Shown: positions 1 to 10,021 of the stretch, in pieces | How positions within the stretch are numbered: the first letter of the stretch is position 1 | How the letters are laid out: every line of letters begins with the position of its first letter | Assembly (NCBI GenBank): GCA_046761065.1 | Contig: JBHIFL010000073.1 | Span: forward strand, 1 to 19,860 | From: Candidatus Heimdallarchaeota archaeon | GTDB lineage: Archaea; Asgardarchaeota; Wukongarchaeia; Wukongarchaeales; JBHIFL01 | Direction: 5' to 3' | DNA: 19,860 nucleotides | The notes under the pieces: generated by a model | What the model was told of the DNA's origin: nothing | Seen by the model: only the letters and a program-made list of their open reading frames with translations | The model's database searches: none | Position numbers and translations under genes: made by a program

Positions 1-262
1 TAGCAATTTTGTGAGACATGAGAATGGATAAGAACAATGAATGAAAGTTTTTGGTTAATACTGATTGATTCAACACCCTGAAGTACGCCAAGGACTTAGC
101 GATTCTCCTGCTGAAAATAGAGAACTCATTAAAAGAGAAAGGGATGTTTAAGGGGAGTTGCAGGGAGTAAGTAGTCATGAAGAGACCCAATTAGAATTCC
201 AAGTAGTATTTGTACTTTAAGAATAATTAAATCGAAGAGGATAGTTTATCACTTGGTTCGAG

Positions 263-811
263 TCAAGCAGGGATTGGTTGTTGCAAAATAGAGGCTTGTT
301 GCTGTGTGATAAGCTTAGCAAGGGTTTGAAACGGAACCAGAGTATCAACTCCAGTTTTGGCACTCGTCTCAACATAATAATCGGCGCCAATTTCCATCGC
401 AAGGTCTAGTGCCTCTTCTTTTGAAATTTCACGGAACTCCTTGAGATCGATCTTGTTCCCAACTAGCACAAAGGGCGCATTAGGAGCCGCAGATCTGAGC
501 TCATAATACCACTCGCGGACTCGATCAAAACTATTTCGCTTGGTTACGTCGAATAGAATAATGAAGCCTCTCATTCCGGTGTAATAGGCTTGGCGGATGC
601 AAGCAAAGCGACTTTGCCCCCCACTGTCCCAGCAAATGAGTTTTGCCGTGGCAGTTCCATCAAAATCTAGGTCGAGCACTGCAAAGTCGCAGCCTACTGT
701 AACCTGGTAACCAGTCGTAAATACGCCATTGAGGGCCTGTTTGAGCAAACTGGTTTTGCCGGTTGCGCCTTCGCCCCCTAGAACAATTTTAAATGGCCCA
801 TAAATTGCCAT
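263..811 (-). CDS. Rab-like (Ras superfamily) small GTPase
   Basis: G1 GEGATGKT, G2 T in YQVTVGCDF, G3 WDSGGQ, Rab-type RF..IRQAYYTG, G4 GNKID, G5 ETSAK. No C-terminal Cys prenylation motif. ATG at 811 preferred over TTG at 823 because a GGGGTTGG SD-like tract precedes it. Confidence 0.93.
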   Translation of the reverse strand: MAIYGPFKIVLGGEGATGKTSLLKQALNGVFTTGYQVTVGCDFAVLDLDFDGTATAKLICWDSGGQSRFACIRQAYYTGMRGFIILFDVTKRNSFDRVREWYYELRSAAPNAPFVLVGNKIDLKEFREISKEEALDLAMEIGADYYVETSAKTGVDTLVPFQTLAKLITQQQASILQQPIPA

Positions 812-839
812 TTTAATTTCCAACCCCGATATTGTATAG

Positions 840-884
840 TTTTCACGAGAAAATCGTGAAAAAGAGAACTTATTGTAAGTTCTC
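840..884. repeat. Two adjacent perfect 9-bp inverted repeats upstream of the GTPase gene
   Basis: TTTTCACGA-GAAAA-TCGTGAAAA (840-862) and GAGAACTTA-TTG-TAAGTTCTC (864-884). Confidence 0.8.
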
Positions 885-922
885 CAATTAACTGTGCTAC
901 AAGGAATGAATTATAGTGAGAA

Positions 923-936
923 TATTTAAACATTTT
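923..936 (-). promoter_or_regulatory. Putative BRE/TATA promoter of the GTPase gene
   Basis: Minus strand reads AAAATG-TTTAAATA, about 110 nt upstream of the ATG at 811. Confidence 0.45.
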
Positions 937-1227
937 AGTCAAATCGTTTAATGTTTCAAGAAAATTTCTCCCGTTTATTAGGAAAAGTATCCGGATTTTC
1001 GACTAATATAATCGGTAGCTACAACAAGTGGTTGCCGGTTACCAAATTCAAGAATTATTAGCACACCCCTGCCACAAAATTAGAAGAGCTTGAAGAAACT
1101 ATCCTGTTAATGAATACTTGTTCTTAAAATCCGCAGAACTGTGAAACTACTGCTTCCTATAAACTGATTCATAATTCCCATTATAATCCCTGAGGACATT
1201 TTAATCTTAAACGAAAAATAAGCTTTC

Positions 1228-1863
1228 TCATGGGAGAGAGGTCTGATTCAAGTGGAGAAGTTCGACATGAGCTTTGAGAGTTTTTAATGTTGCTTCAAGG
1301 GGTTCAATGACAATACGGGTTCCTCCGATTACCTCCATGAAATTCAATTCAGCACCATAACGAGGTACAATATGAACATGAAGGTGCAGGATACTTGCAC
1401 CACCCCATTTGCCCTGATTGAGGCCAATATTAAAGCCATAAGGAGAATAGGTTTTCTGAAGTAAGAGAATACACTGCTGGATCATCAGGTTTAAATGAAT
1501 TAACAGATCTCTCGGAAGGTGCTCATAATGTTCAAAGTGCTCTAATGGCACGATCATCAGATGACCTGTGGTGTAAGGATAGGCATTGAGCATCACAAGT
1601 GTTCTTTGGTCACGATAGATCTCCCATGATGGGATTTCAGAGGTTTTTTTTACAATTTCACATAATAGACACTTGTGTGGATCTTCCATCTTACCATCAC
1701 CCCGCACATATTTGATCTTATCCCTCGATAAAATATAGCAAGGAAACCGGAGACCAGTAGGAGGCAATTCATGCGAATTCTGGAGATGTTTTTGAGGATC
1801 TTGAGAATTTTTGTTACCGTTGTGCGGCTGCTGAGCAATCTTAGACAAATCTTTTTTCCTCAT
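1228..1863 (-). CDS. HIT family nucleotide hydrolase (Fhit/Ap4A hydrolase-phosphorylase-like)
   Basis: Histidine triad HLHVHIVPR, CLLC, NAYPYTTGHLMIVP and GFNIGLNQGKWGGAS motifs. ATG at 1863 follows AAGGTGG. The start is uncertain (ORF is open to 1914) and the N-terminus is a polar extension. Confidence 0.9.
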   Translation of the reverse strand: MRKKDLSKIAQQPHNGNKNSQDPQKHLQNSHELPPTGLRFPCYILSRDKIKYVRGDGKMEDPHKCLLCEIVKKTSEIPSWEIYRDQRTLVMLNAYPYTTGHLMIVPLEHFEHYEHLPRDLLIHLNLMIQQCILLLQKTYSPYGFNIGLNQGKWGGASILHLHVHIVPRYGAELNFMEVIGGTRIVIEPLEATLKTLKAHVELLHLNQTSLP

Positions 1864-2152
1864 CTGATACAATTCCACCTTAATCATGTCGGGATTTTTA
1901 GGGGAACACCTCAAGGGCTCAGTAAGCTTCCTTGACCAGCCACACTATTAGAAAGTTAGTTATCGCTTGAGGGATAGGGCAACATTCTTTATTTAAAGCG
2001 CCGTTGGGTTTTCGATTAGAGATTTGGGGGAGTGGAGAAGAAAATGATTTCTATCAGAGTATAGTTCTGGATGTTGTCCGCTTTTTTAAATTCAGGGTTT
2101 GTAACTAACAGATGTTCTACATTATTAAGTTCTAAAAGGTGGTGCAGCTGGC

Positions 2153-2629
2153 TTGGATAAGCGTTTATACCACTCATATCTCCGAATTATGCGTTTACAA
2201 GGCAAAAAAGGATATTACGCCAGATGTCCACACGAAATGGAGATTCTGAGGATTTTAGAAGCTCAAGAATTAGTAACACGGAAGAAAAATAGGAAACACA
2301 TCTTTACATTAACAAAGAAAGGGCAAAATTTCATCGAGCGGTTAGATTTCGGTCGCAAAGATATCACTAAGGTGGAATTTGTTAAAAGCGTGAAAGAGGC
2401 TTTTCAGCAGGTAACAAGCCCGATGAGACCCATCGCGAGGATTCCGGAGCTTCGGAGTCAAGTCACTCGGAAATTGAGGTGTTCAGATCAGCTCTTTGAC
2501 ACCTACATGCTTAGGCTTCACGATGCGGGAATTCTCACTCTGCAAACAGCAATGACTCTTCCTGGAGCATATGAAGGAATTAATACGCCCAATGGGACTT
2601 ATGCATACTGTATACTGGAGGAAGAGTAG
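2153..2629 (+). CDS. Uncharacterised tandem winged-helix protein
   Basis: wHTH-like segments LRILEAQELV...FTLTKKG and IPELRSQV...FDTYMLRLHDAGILTL. TTG start after AGGTGGTG. Ends 3 nt before the ATPase gene. Confidence 0.7.
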   Translation: MDKRLYHSYLRIMRLQGKKGYYARCPHEMEILRILEAQELVTRKKNRKHIFTLTKKGQNFIERLDFGRKDITKVEFVKSVKEAFQQVTSPMRPIARIPELRSQVTRKLRCSDQLFDTYMLRLHDAGILTLQTAMTLPGAYEGINTPNGTYAYCILEEE

Positions 2630-2632
2630 GGA

Positions 2633-3988
2633 ATGGTCTCAAAATCTACCCAAGAAATTCTTTTTCAAAAAAATCCTTTTATTGAATTTGTTTCAAGAAA
2701 AGATCGACCTGATATAATTGATATTGAACGACCACATATCAAAGCTGACAATGTCATCTTGACAGCAGTTCGAATGGTTAAACAGGGTTGCAGTCCTAGA
2801 ATCATTCCAATTCTTGGAGAAGCAGGCTATGGTAAAACACATACATTTTGGACTCTACGACGCAAACTCGCCGATAGTCTCGTCGTTTATGTATCACCAC
2901 CACCAGCTCCAGAACGAGTAATTCCTCACTTCTATTTTTCCCTTCTCCGAGAAATCGGTCTAGAATTACTTCAAAAACTCGCAGAACATGTGTTTTCTAA
3001 ATATGAAACATTTGAAGAGGCCCTTATGAATCACCCAGGGCCAGAAACTTGGATAATCCAAGCCCTTCACGCGTTAACAACAACAAATCCCTCATTACGA
3101 AAGCAGGCGAAGAAATGGTTTGCCGGAATTGCTACAGGTCAAGCTAAAGTACCTGAGGAAAGTTTATTGGATGATGATGAGCTGGCATTGGCGGCCTTAC
3201 GCGTTCTTTTGAAGTATATCGATATCCCAGTTATCTTTTTTGTAGATGAGTTGGAAACCACCTACTTAGCTTTTGGATCGGAAGCACAGGTGCGCTATCT
3301 AGAGAGTATTAAACGGATTTATAACGAATGTAAAAATCATATCATTATCTTAGCATGTATCACAGAACTCTATGACAGAATCTTGGAGCTGGTAAGTCCC
3401 AGTGTTCAAGGACGGATGGAACGGCCCGTATTACTTCGGCGGTTTACGCGGGAAGACATTGAGACATTTGTTAAACGTACTTTAGGAGAATTTTGGAAAC
3501 AACACGGAGTAGAAGTGCCTTCACCTCTCTTCCCATTGCAACGTAAAGATATTGACAAGGTATCCAAAAAAAGTCGGGGTAACCCCAGAGAGGTAATTCG
3601 TTGGTTACGGGACACTATAGAACTCTCTAAGTTAACAATGTTCGATAAAAATGACACCACGACCAAAAAGGACTATCGTCGTGTACGAGAACTCGCAGAT
3701 TTAATTAGAGAGAAGCTAAGCACAGTAGGAGTCAGTGTTGTGAATAAAGGAACATCTGGCGCTGTTATCGTCTTTTCCCCTAGGAACAAGTCAAAAAAAG
3801 TGGCTGTCATATCAGGATCAAACAATTCCGATGGGCAGTTTCTACAAGAAGTTCTTGAAGCCTTCAACAATGAAATTTATGACCTTTTCTCATTGTCTGG
3901 GTCATTAAATGGTCATGAAGAGATAAAAGAGCTTCCTAAAGATTTAGACGACGCAGCTCAAACCATAATCTCTGTGCTATCAGAATAG
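2633..3988 (+). CDS. P-loop NTPase (AAA+/STAND-like) with C-terminal alpha/beta domain
   Basis: Walker A GEAGYGKT, Walker B IFFVDELE, Arg-finger-like VQGRME, and SRGNPREVIR (GxP motif). Confidence 0.85.
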   Translation: MVSKSTQEILFQKNPFIEFVSRKDRPDIIDIERPHIKADNVILTAVRMVKQGCSPRIIPILGEAGYGKTHTFWTLRRKLADSLVVYVSPPPAPERVIPHFYFSLLREIGLELLQKLAEHVFSKYETFEEALMNHPGPETWIIQALHALTTTNPSLRKQAKKWFAGIATGQAKVPEESLLDDDELALAALRVLLKYIDIPVIFFVDELETTYLAFGSEAQVRYLESIKRIYNECKNHIIILACITELYDRILELVSPSVQGRMERPVLLRRFTREDIETFVKRTLGEFWKQHGVEVPSPLFPLQRKDIDKVSKKSRGNPREVIRWLRDTIELSKLTMFDKNDTTTKKDYRRVRELADLIREKLSTVGVSVVNKGTSGAVIVFSPRNKSKKVAVISGSNNSDGQFLQEVLEAFNNEIYDLFSLSGSLNGHEEIKELPKDLDDAAQTIISVLSE

Positions 3989-4024
3989 CAGAGAATTTAC
4001 ATCTCAGCTCGAGAAGATATTGTA

Positions 4025-7000
4025 TTATCCCGTTATTTGGAGTTCTAAAGCCATATCTGCTACTTCTGTCAGAGTTTGAAGTATGGATTCTACATCGGTT
4101 TGTGCTTCAGATATCTTATTTTTGTACGCAGTGAAATGTTCGTTTATCGTTTGAGCTGTTTTAGTGACTTCTTCGGTAAGTTTGGTTTTTGTCAAGGTGT
4201 TCTGTTCTTCAAAAATCTTTGAAGTTTTTCTTGCGATCTCGTTTACTTGTTTAGAGAGTATTTCGAGTGCATTCACCAGTTGAGTTTTTGTGTCCTTCAG
4301 TTTCTGTTTTAATTCGCTAAATGACACCTCGTTTCCTAGCATCGCCGCTTCTTTCATTTGGATTTGTTCAACTAATTCAAGCAGGGATTGGTTAGCTGCC
4401 TTAACTCCCTTTTTAAGGGCTTTTCCGCTCTTAGTGAGCTGCTTAAGGATCGCGTCAACTGCTGACTCCATTTGTTCCGGTTCAATGCTCTTTACTTCTT
4501 CAGAGTCCATTAAGGCCCCAAGGTGTTCATTTAAGGTTTCAAAGTGGACATCAAGCCTTTGGTTTAGTGTGTGACATGACTCCTCAAGTTGTTTGATTGT
4601 GTTTCTAATGGAATCAACAGTGCTGGTACATAATTGATCGTTGACAATGTCATTAAGCCGCTTCTCAATCAATGCCAAATTTTCCAATAATGTTTCAACT
4701 TGTTTAGAAAGTGTAGGTAGTTTGTTATAATGTTCATGGGCCAGAATTTCTTCAGTTAGTGACAATAGTTGGCTAACTGAGGATTGATTATTTTGGATGT
4801 TGGCCTTAACCTCATCAATCCCTGGTAGAACATTTGTGGCCATTTCCTCAGCGGCAGTATGTGCGTCTTCAATATTTTCTTGAATTGCGTGAAAAGCGGC
4901 CTCAATTGCCTCCATGTATTGGTGAGAGAAGCTTTGGAGGGCTTCCTTTTTTTGATAAAGCCCAGAAATCCTTTTCTCCAACCCTTCTTTAAGCACTTCT
5001 CCGATTCTGGTTCCAAGGGTTGTCCCAATTTCCTCCAGTAAGTTCTCGAGTTGATTGTTAGCTACAGTTATATTTTCGGTCAAGGTTTGAGTTGAGCGTG
5101 TCATATTTGTGCTTGTGTCTTCTATCTCGTGAAATTGATCTGAGACCAACTTCCTAGTAATCAGTAATGTCTGGGTTAAGAATTCTTCGACCTTTAGATT
5201 TATTTCTCCACTTAATTCTGTAAATATATCCACTGTTTCATTTATTTTTTCAGTAAAAATCGTTTCAACGCTTTTATATTGTTCATCCAGTTCTGAACAT
5301 AATTCATCCGCTTTAGATTTCAGCTCTTGTTCAACCGCATCCAATTTTTGAACGATTTCTGTCTCTACTTGGAGTCTGAATCCTTCAAGTAGGTCGGTTG
5401 TTTCGGTTAATAATTCTTCATTTCTTTTTTCTCTTTGATGAGCACGATTTAAAATTTGCCTTATTTCTGAGAAAAGATTGGTTAATCGATCCATATGTGC
5501 TGTAACGGAATCTTGTAGAGTTTTTGGTAATATTCCCGCCAAATCTCCCAAGGATTGTTGTATTCCCTCTTGGACATCACGTTTAGCTGTTTCAAGCTTG
5601 GATGTGGTTTGGTTTTGGCTTTTCAAAAGACTATCAATCGATTCTTGTTCTACTGTCTCAATACCAACTCTCTGATTTGCCGACATATCCTCTAGTCGAG
5701 ATACGAAAGAAGTAGTTGTAGTCCCCAATTGAGATACAGTCGCTGCGGTGATAGCCCTAACACGTGATGCGATCATGCTTGTTTTTTCACGGATACTATC
5801 TTCTAATTGCGTTTGAAGCTGTGAAACAATTTCAGGAGTTTTTTCATTTACTGCAACCTGCATATTCATTATTGTATTTGCAAATTGCTCCAGTTGCGTT
5901 TTTTGCTTCAAGACGGATTCTTCAAGATGACCTGCTTCCTGTATTAGGTTTGTATGCCATGTCTTTGCATGTTCAGTAAGAAGAGTAGATACTTCTAGCT
6001 GCGTTTCCTTTAATAAATCAGTTCGCTCATTGATAATCTCCTTGATCGTCGCTTCTATCTTTGAAACCGTCTGTTCACCTACCTTTTCCACATTTCCTTG
6101 AAGGGTATCTACGGACCCAAATACCAATTTGACTGTTTCTTCAAGAGTTCTTGCCACCTCACTTGTCATGTGATCTAATTCGACTATAACAATGTCCCGT
6201 ATTTTACTAACCTCGGCTTGAGCTGTGGCATTGTTTTCCCGCGCCCCCGTATCAAGGGTCATCTCGATCTTTTCGAGTTCAGTTTTGACTTTGTTCTTTA
6301 AGACCTCCATAGATTTCTGAATTTTTTCTATCATAGGCCACATAGACGATTTGTACAACTCAACAGCTTCTTTCGCATAGCGGGCTAGTTTATCTTGGAA
6401 ACCAAATTGCATCTCATCCGATGTACGATCGTAAAGGGCTCCAACTTCCCGAATGATGTTTTCGGCCGTATCGATCATTCCCTGTTGTCGAACGATCAAT
6501 TCGTTAAGTGATTCCCTGAAGTCACTTATTAATTCCTCATTTTGAGTGATCTGACGCTTTAATGAAGTTAGTAGCGTATTTTTGGTGTGAGATTGAGATT
6601 TATTTAGAATTTGATTTAGATTATCTTTGTACGCAAGATCCACCCGTGTGACAGCATTTACCCAATCAGATGAAAATGCTTCTGAGCTTTTAAGTTGTTG
6701 ATCAAAGGCGATTCGCAGTTTACCGAGGATTAAGTCTTTAGTTTCCGTAATGTTCTTCATAATCTCAGTCAATGAACGAGGTACATTCGTTTCTTGCGCT
6801 TTCATATTAATTTCTAACTGTTCCAATGTGTTCGTAAAATCGTCATAACCTTTCTTTTTTCGCCCAAAAATCTTGCTTATTCGGGGTTCGATGAGCTGTC
6901 GAAGTTCTTCGATATGTTTGAGTAACTGTTCGATACTTTCCAGAATTGTTTGACGAGTTTGAATAAGGAGTTCTTGCTGTCGCTCCTCAATGCGGTTAAA

Positions 7001-9847
7001 CAACTTTTGTGAAAAATCAAGAATTAAATGTTGATCTTCTCTAAGTTTTGGGATGAATATCCCAATTTGTTTTTCTAATTCTTTCCGAACGTCATTGAAA
7101 AGCTGAGGGAGATCTATTTGAAGCGAAGCAAGGCTACTCTTGAGCGTCTCAGTAACTCCATCAATTGTATGGTTTATTATAAGATTATTTTCTTCCAAAA
7201 ATGCTTGCAGAGACTCATTAAATTGTGAGAGTCTATCAAATAAGTCTGATTTTTTATTGAATAATTCACGTTCGGTTGTTTTCATCGTTTCCGCAAATGA
7301 AGCCATTTGTTTATTGACCAACCCTTCAATAAATTCACGCGAATCGCTTTCAAATCCTTCTAACGCTTGTGTTGTAGTTTTAAGGGCTAAAGCCATCTTT
7401 GTTTCTAAAAGATTTGAGAGATTTTTAGTTTCTTCATCAACTAGGTCATAGCTGTTCTTTCCTGAAGCGATTAAAACGTTGGTAGTCTTTTCCACTCGCT
7501 TTAGAATATTCTCAGTCCTTTCTTTTAGCGCGTTATAAATTTTCTCGCGAGTTTCCTCGACAACCCCTGATATGGTCATATCTTCCTTATCGGCACGCTT
7601 CTCTAACTCAATTCTTGCCTTCTGCACTAATTGTGCAAATTCATCACGTATCGTTAAAAGATTTGTGCGGACTGTTTCCAGTAGTGTCTTTTGGGCATGT
7701 TGGAGATCTCGTATGGTATCAGAAAATCTAGGATCTATGCTCTCAACTGTCCTCTTGGAAGCTTCTAAAATGTCTTCGGCAGTTGTTGAAACTGTCTTCG
7801 CTGTTGTTAGTGTGATTTTTTCGAGAATTTGTAAAGTGCGCTCAAATTCGGCAGTACTCTGAGAAATGATGTTCTCGCCTAATTCCATAAGAATTGTTCG
7901 TATACCATCCGTTAAGATTTGGAGAGATGGACTTACATCGATGTTATTTAGCGTTTGTTCCGCCTCTTCGGTTAATTGTTGCCAACTTCCAGTCAGTTGT
8001 GATTTCAGTTCCCCCAAGAGTTCTACCGTAGAGTTGGTGAAGCGTGCAATTGATGTTTTTAGTCCCTTTGAATATATTGTAAAGAGCCCCTTCTGGACTT
8101 CCACGATTTTTTCAAGCTCTAGTGTGAATTCATTTTGCCCCCGTTCTAAGGTTTCTGTGATCTCCGAACCAATTCGATTCAATGCTAATTCAGTAGCATT
8201 TTCCATTGACTTCATCAAATTGGTTAATTCTCCTCCTAATTGCTCATTTAGATCACTAAGCCGATCTGTGAGATGTCCCAATTTTTCTTTGTCTCCGTCT
8301 AATAGCGTGGCAAATGTAGAACTAAGTCTGTCGTTCAGATCTTCATACAAGGAGACAACTATTGTAATGAGTTTTGATGTAAAGGTCTTATAGAACTCTG
8401 AACTTGTTTGTAGCCACTCTGTTGTTTGTGTGAGAGAAGTTTGAAGTAAATCAATAACGGAGGTCTTACCTTCTGTGGGTATTATCGTTCCCATGGAAAT
8501 TGTGCGCTTTGAAATTGATGTCAAAAAGTCTTGGATTTCAGTTTTAAGCTCAGTAAGGGTAGGATCAGTTCTGATAAAATCTTTATCAAGTGATTTCCGC
8601 TTATCCAGAACTTGTTGATGGATGTTTTCAAGCTTCGAAATCTTTTCTTGCACTTGATTCTTAAGCTCATCAAAAGTTTTCTTAACGGATGAGATTGTTG
8701 GTTGCAGAACTTCATCTATTGTTGAATTAACTGTTGCTAATGTGCGTATAAGTTGATCTTCAGAACCTTTTTGATTGTTTGTAAGTTCAATAGGCGAATC
8801 CTTCATATCTCCTTGTGTTTCAAGAAATTGCGCAATGAGAGTTGAGATCGTCGAATGTCTTTCTTTCAGAGTGCTGGAAGCTGACGCAATTTGGGAGGAA
8901 AAGGACTCTAGTAAGTTTGTTGCCGATGTATTAGTCGTTGAAAGGGTGGGGACGGTTTCGTGAAGGATTTCGACAAGTTGCTTTTGAGCTGTTGTGTCCT
9001 GCTTAGTAATGGTCGCATATTCCCTGACAATTGTCGAAAACTCGTCTTTCCAATTGTCCAACCCTTGGAGAATCGCTTCTTCAAGTGTGGTACATATTGT
9101 CCCAAGTGTTGAATCGATCTGGGCAAGATCTTCAGCTTGTTTGGACAGCTGGCGAATCTGTTCTTGAAGTTCTTTCCGTGTTTGAGTCGAATCTTGGAGG
9201 AGTTGGGTGAGTCTTGATCCATAGATTTTACGAAGTGAACTTATCGGTTGCCCCTCACTGATCGCTTGATGGACAAATTCCCCTAATGTCTGTAATGTAT
9301 TGTCAATTTGTGATTGAAGCCCTTCAACAACTTCTGTGATCCTCTCTTTAGGATGGTTTACTTCTTTTTTTCCCCCGACTATATCCTTTTGGGTTTCTAA
9401 TAAAGGAACCAGGGCTTCATTTAATGTGGATAATTTTTCATTGGATTCAGCAACCAACGAAGCAACTAGATTCGGGAACTCCTCTATTGCCTTCGAAAAA
9501 TAACCACCTAAGTCCTTAAATCCGACTTGGATGTGTTTAGTTAGTTCAGATAAGTCTTCGGATGTGTTTTTTTCCAGGTTATCAAGATCTTCAGTCAATT
9601 CGCCCAATAACAAGTTGGCTACATGTAATCCAATGGGAGTGGGTACCAGAAGTTCGCCCTCTTCACTCAGTTTCTTGACAATTAGTCCTTGCTTTACTAG
9701 CTCATCCACAGCGCGAGTGATCTGGACCTTCTTCAGACCCGTATGAGACCTTATTGACTCAGGAGAACGGATCCCAAAGGCCATCAGGGCTCCCAATATG
9801 GTTTTTTCCGTCTCCTTGAGAGTAACAATACTTTCTGAGGCAGGCAA
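4025..9847 (-). CDS. Giant protein: N-terminal TrmB-like wHTH plus ~1850 aa of amphipathic helical/coiled-coil repeats
   Basis: 1940-aa ORF with TTG start after AGGGGG. The N-terminus LKETEKTILGALMAFG...TGLKKVQITRAVDELVKQGLIVK is wHTH-like. The remainder is rich in L/E/Q/T/K/S, poor in P/G, and shows 11-residue hydrophobic periodicity. Confidence 0.85.
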   Translation of the reverse strand: MPASESIVTLKETEKTILGALMAFGIRSPESIRSHTGLKKVQITRAVDELVKQGLIVKKLSEEGELLVPTPIGLHVANLLLGELTEDLDNLEKNTSEDLSELTKHIQVGFKDLGGYFSKAIEEFPNLVASLVAESNEKLSTLNEALVPLLETQKDIVGGKKEVNHPKERITEVVEGLQSQIDNTLQTLGEFVHQAISEGQPISSLRKIYGSRLTQLLQDSTQTRKELQEQIRQLSKQAEDLAQIDSTLGTICTTLEEAILQGLDNWKDEFSTIVREYATITKQDTTAQKQLVEILHETVPTLSTTNTSATNLLESFSSQIASASSTLKERHSTISTLIAQFLETQGDMKDSPIELTNNQKGSEDQLIRTLATVNSTIDEVLQPTISSVKKTFDELKNQVQEKISKLENIHQQVLDKRKSLDKDFIRTDPTLTELKTEIQDFLTSISKRTISMGTIIPTEGKTSVIDLLQTSLTQTTEWLQTSSEFYKTFTSKLITIVVSLYEDLNDRLSSTFATLLDGDKEKLGHLTDRLSDLNEQLGGELTNLMKSMENATELALNRIGSEITETLERGQNEFTLELEKIVEVQKGLFTIYSKGLKTSIARFTNSTVELLGELKSQLTGSWQQLTEEAEQTLNNIDVSPSLQILTDGIRTILMELGENIISQSTAEFERTLQILEKITLTTAKTVSTTAEDILEASKRTVESIDPRFSDTIRDLQHAQKTLLETVRTNLLTIRDEFAQLVQKARIELEKRADKEDMTISGVVEETREKIYNALKERTENILKRVEKTTNVLIASGKNSYDLVDEETKNLSNLLETKMALALKTTTQALEGFESDSREFIEGLVNKQMASFAETMKTTERELFNKKSDLFDRLSQFNESLQAFLEENNLIINHTIDGVTETLKSSLASLQIDLPQLFNDVRKELEKQIGIFIPKLREDQHLILDFSQKLFNRIEERQQELLIQTRQTILESIEQLLKHIEELRQLIEPRISKIFGRKKKGYDDFTNTLEQLEINMKAQETNVPRSLTEIMKNITETKDLILGKLRIAFDQQLKSSEAFSSDWVNAVTRVDLAYKDNLNQILNKSQSHTKNTLLTSLKRQITQNEELISDFRESLNELIVRQQGMIDTAENIIREVGALYDRTSDEMQFGFQDKLARYAKEAVELYKSSMWPMIEKIQKSMEVLKNKVKTELEKIEMTLDTGARENNATAQAEVSKIRDIVIVELDHMTSEVARTLEETVKLVFGSVDTLQGNVEKVGEQTVSKIEATIKEIINERTDLLKETQLEVSTLLTEHAKTWHTNLIQEAGHLEESVLKQKTQLEQFANTIMNMQVAVNEKTPEIVSQLQTQLEDSIREKTSMIASRVRAITAATVSQLGTTTTSFVSRLEDMSANQRVGIETVEQESIDSLLKSQNQTTSKLETAKRDVQEGIQQSLGDLAGILPKTLQDSVTAHMDRLTNLFSEIRQILNRAHQREKRNEELLTETTDLLEGFRLQVETEIVQKLDAVEQELKSKADELCSELDEQYKSVETIFTEKINETVDIFTELSGEINLKVEEFLTQTLLITRKLVSDQFHEIEDTSTNMTRSTQTLTENITVANNQLENLLEEIGTTLGTRIGEVLKEGLEKRISGLYQKKEALQSFSHQYMEAIEAAFHAIQENIEDAHTAAEEMATNVLPGIDEVKANIQNNQSSVSQLLSLTEEILAHEHYNKLPTLSKQVETLLENLALIEKRLNDIVNDQLCTSTVDSIRNTIKQLEESCHTLNQRLDVHFETLNEHLGALMDSEEVKSIEPEQMESAVDAILKQLTKSGKALKKGVKAANQSLLELVEQIQMKEAAMLGNEVSFSELKQKLKDTKTQLVNALEILSKQVNEIARKTSKIFEEQNTLTKTKLTEEVTKTAQTINEHFTAYKNKISEAQTDVESILQTLTEVADMALELQITG

Positions 9848-10021
9848 AAGAATTCCCCCTAGTAACTAATTAAGTCCGCTTCTCTTACAAAAAGTAGTAG
9901 GTAGTGATAATACTAAAGATTAGGGAATCAAGAATTACTAATGAGCGGGTTAAACCAGCATAAGAAAAAACCTACTAATTGTTTGAAATGCGGGAGGATG
10001 AGATAAGAAGAGTCAAACCAA

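Noticed and set aside
1-216. Short + strand frames at the window start
   Set aside because: All are interrupted by stops and none has a recognisable product.
4290-9746. Many short ORFs within the giant gene (and similar ones inside other genes)
   Set aside because: Antisense or alternate-frame shadows of well-supported CDSs, with no motifs.
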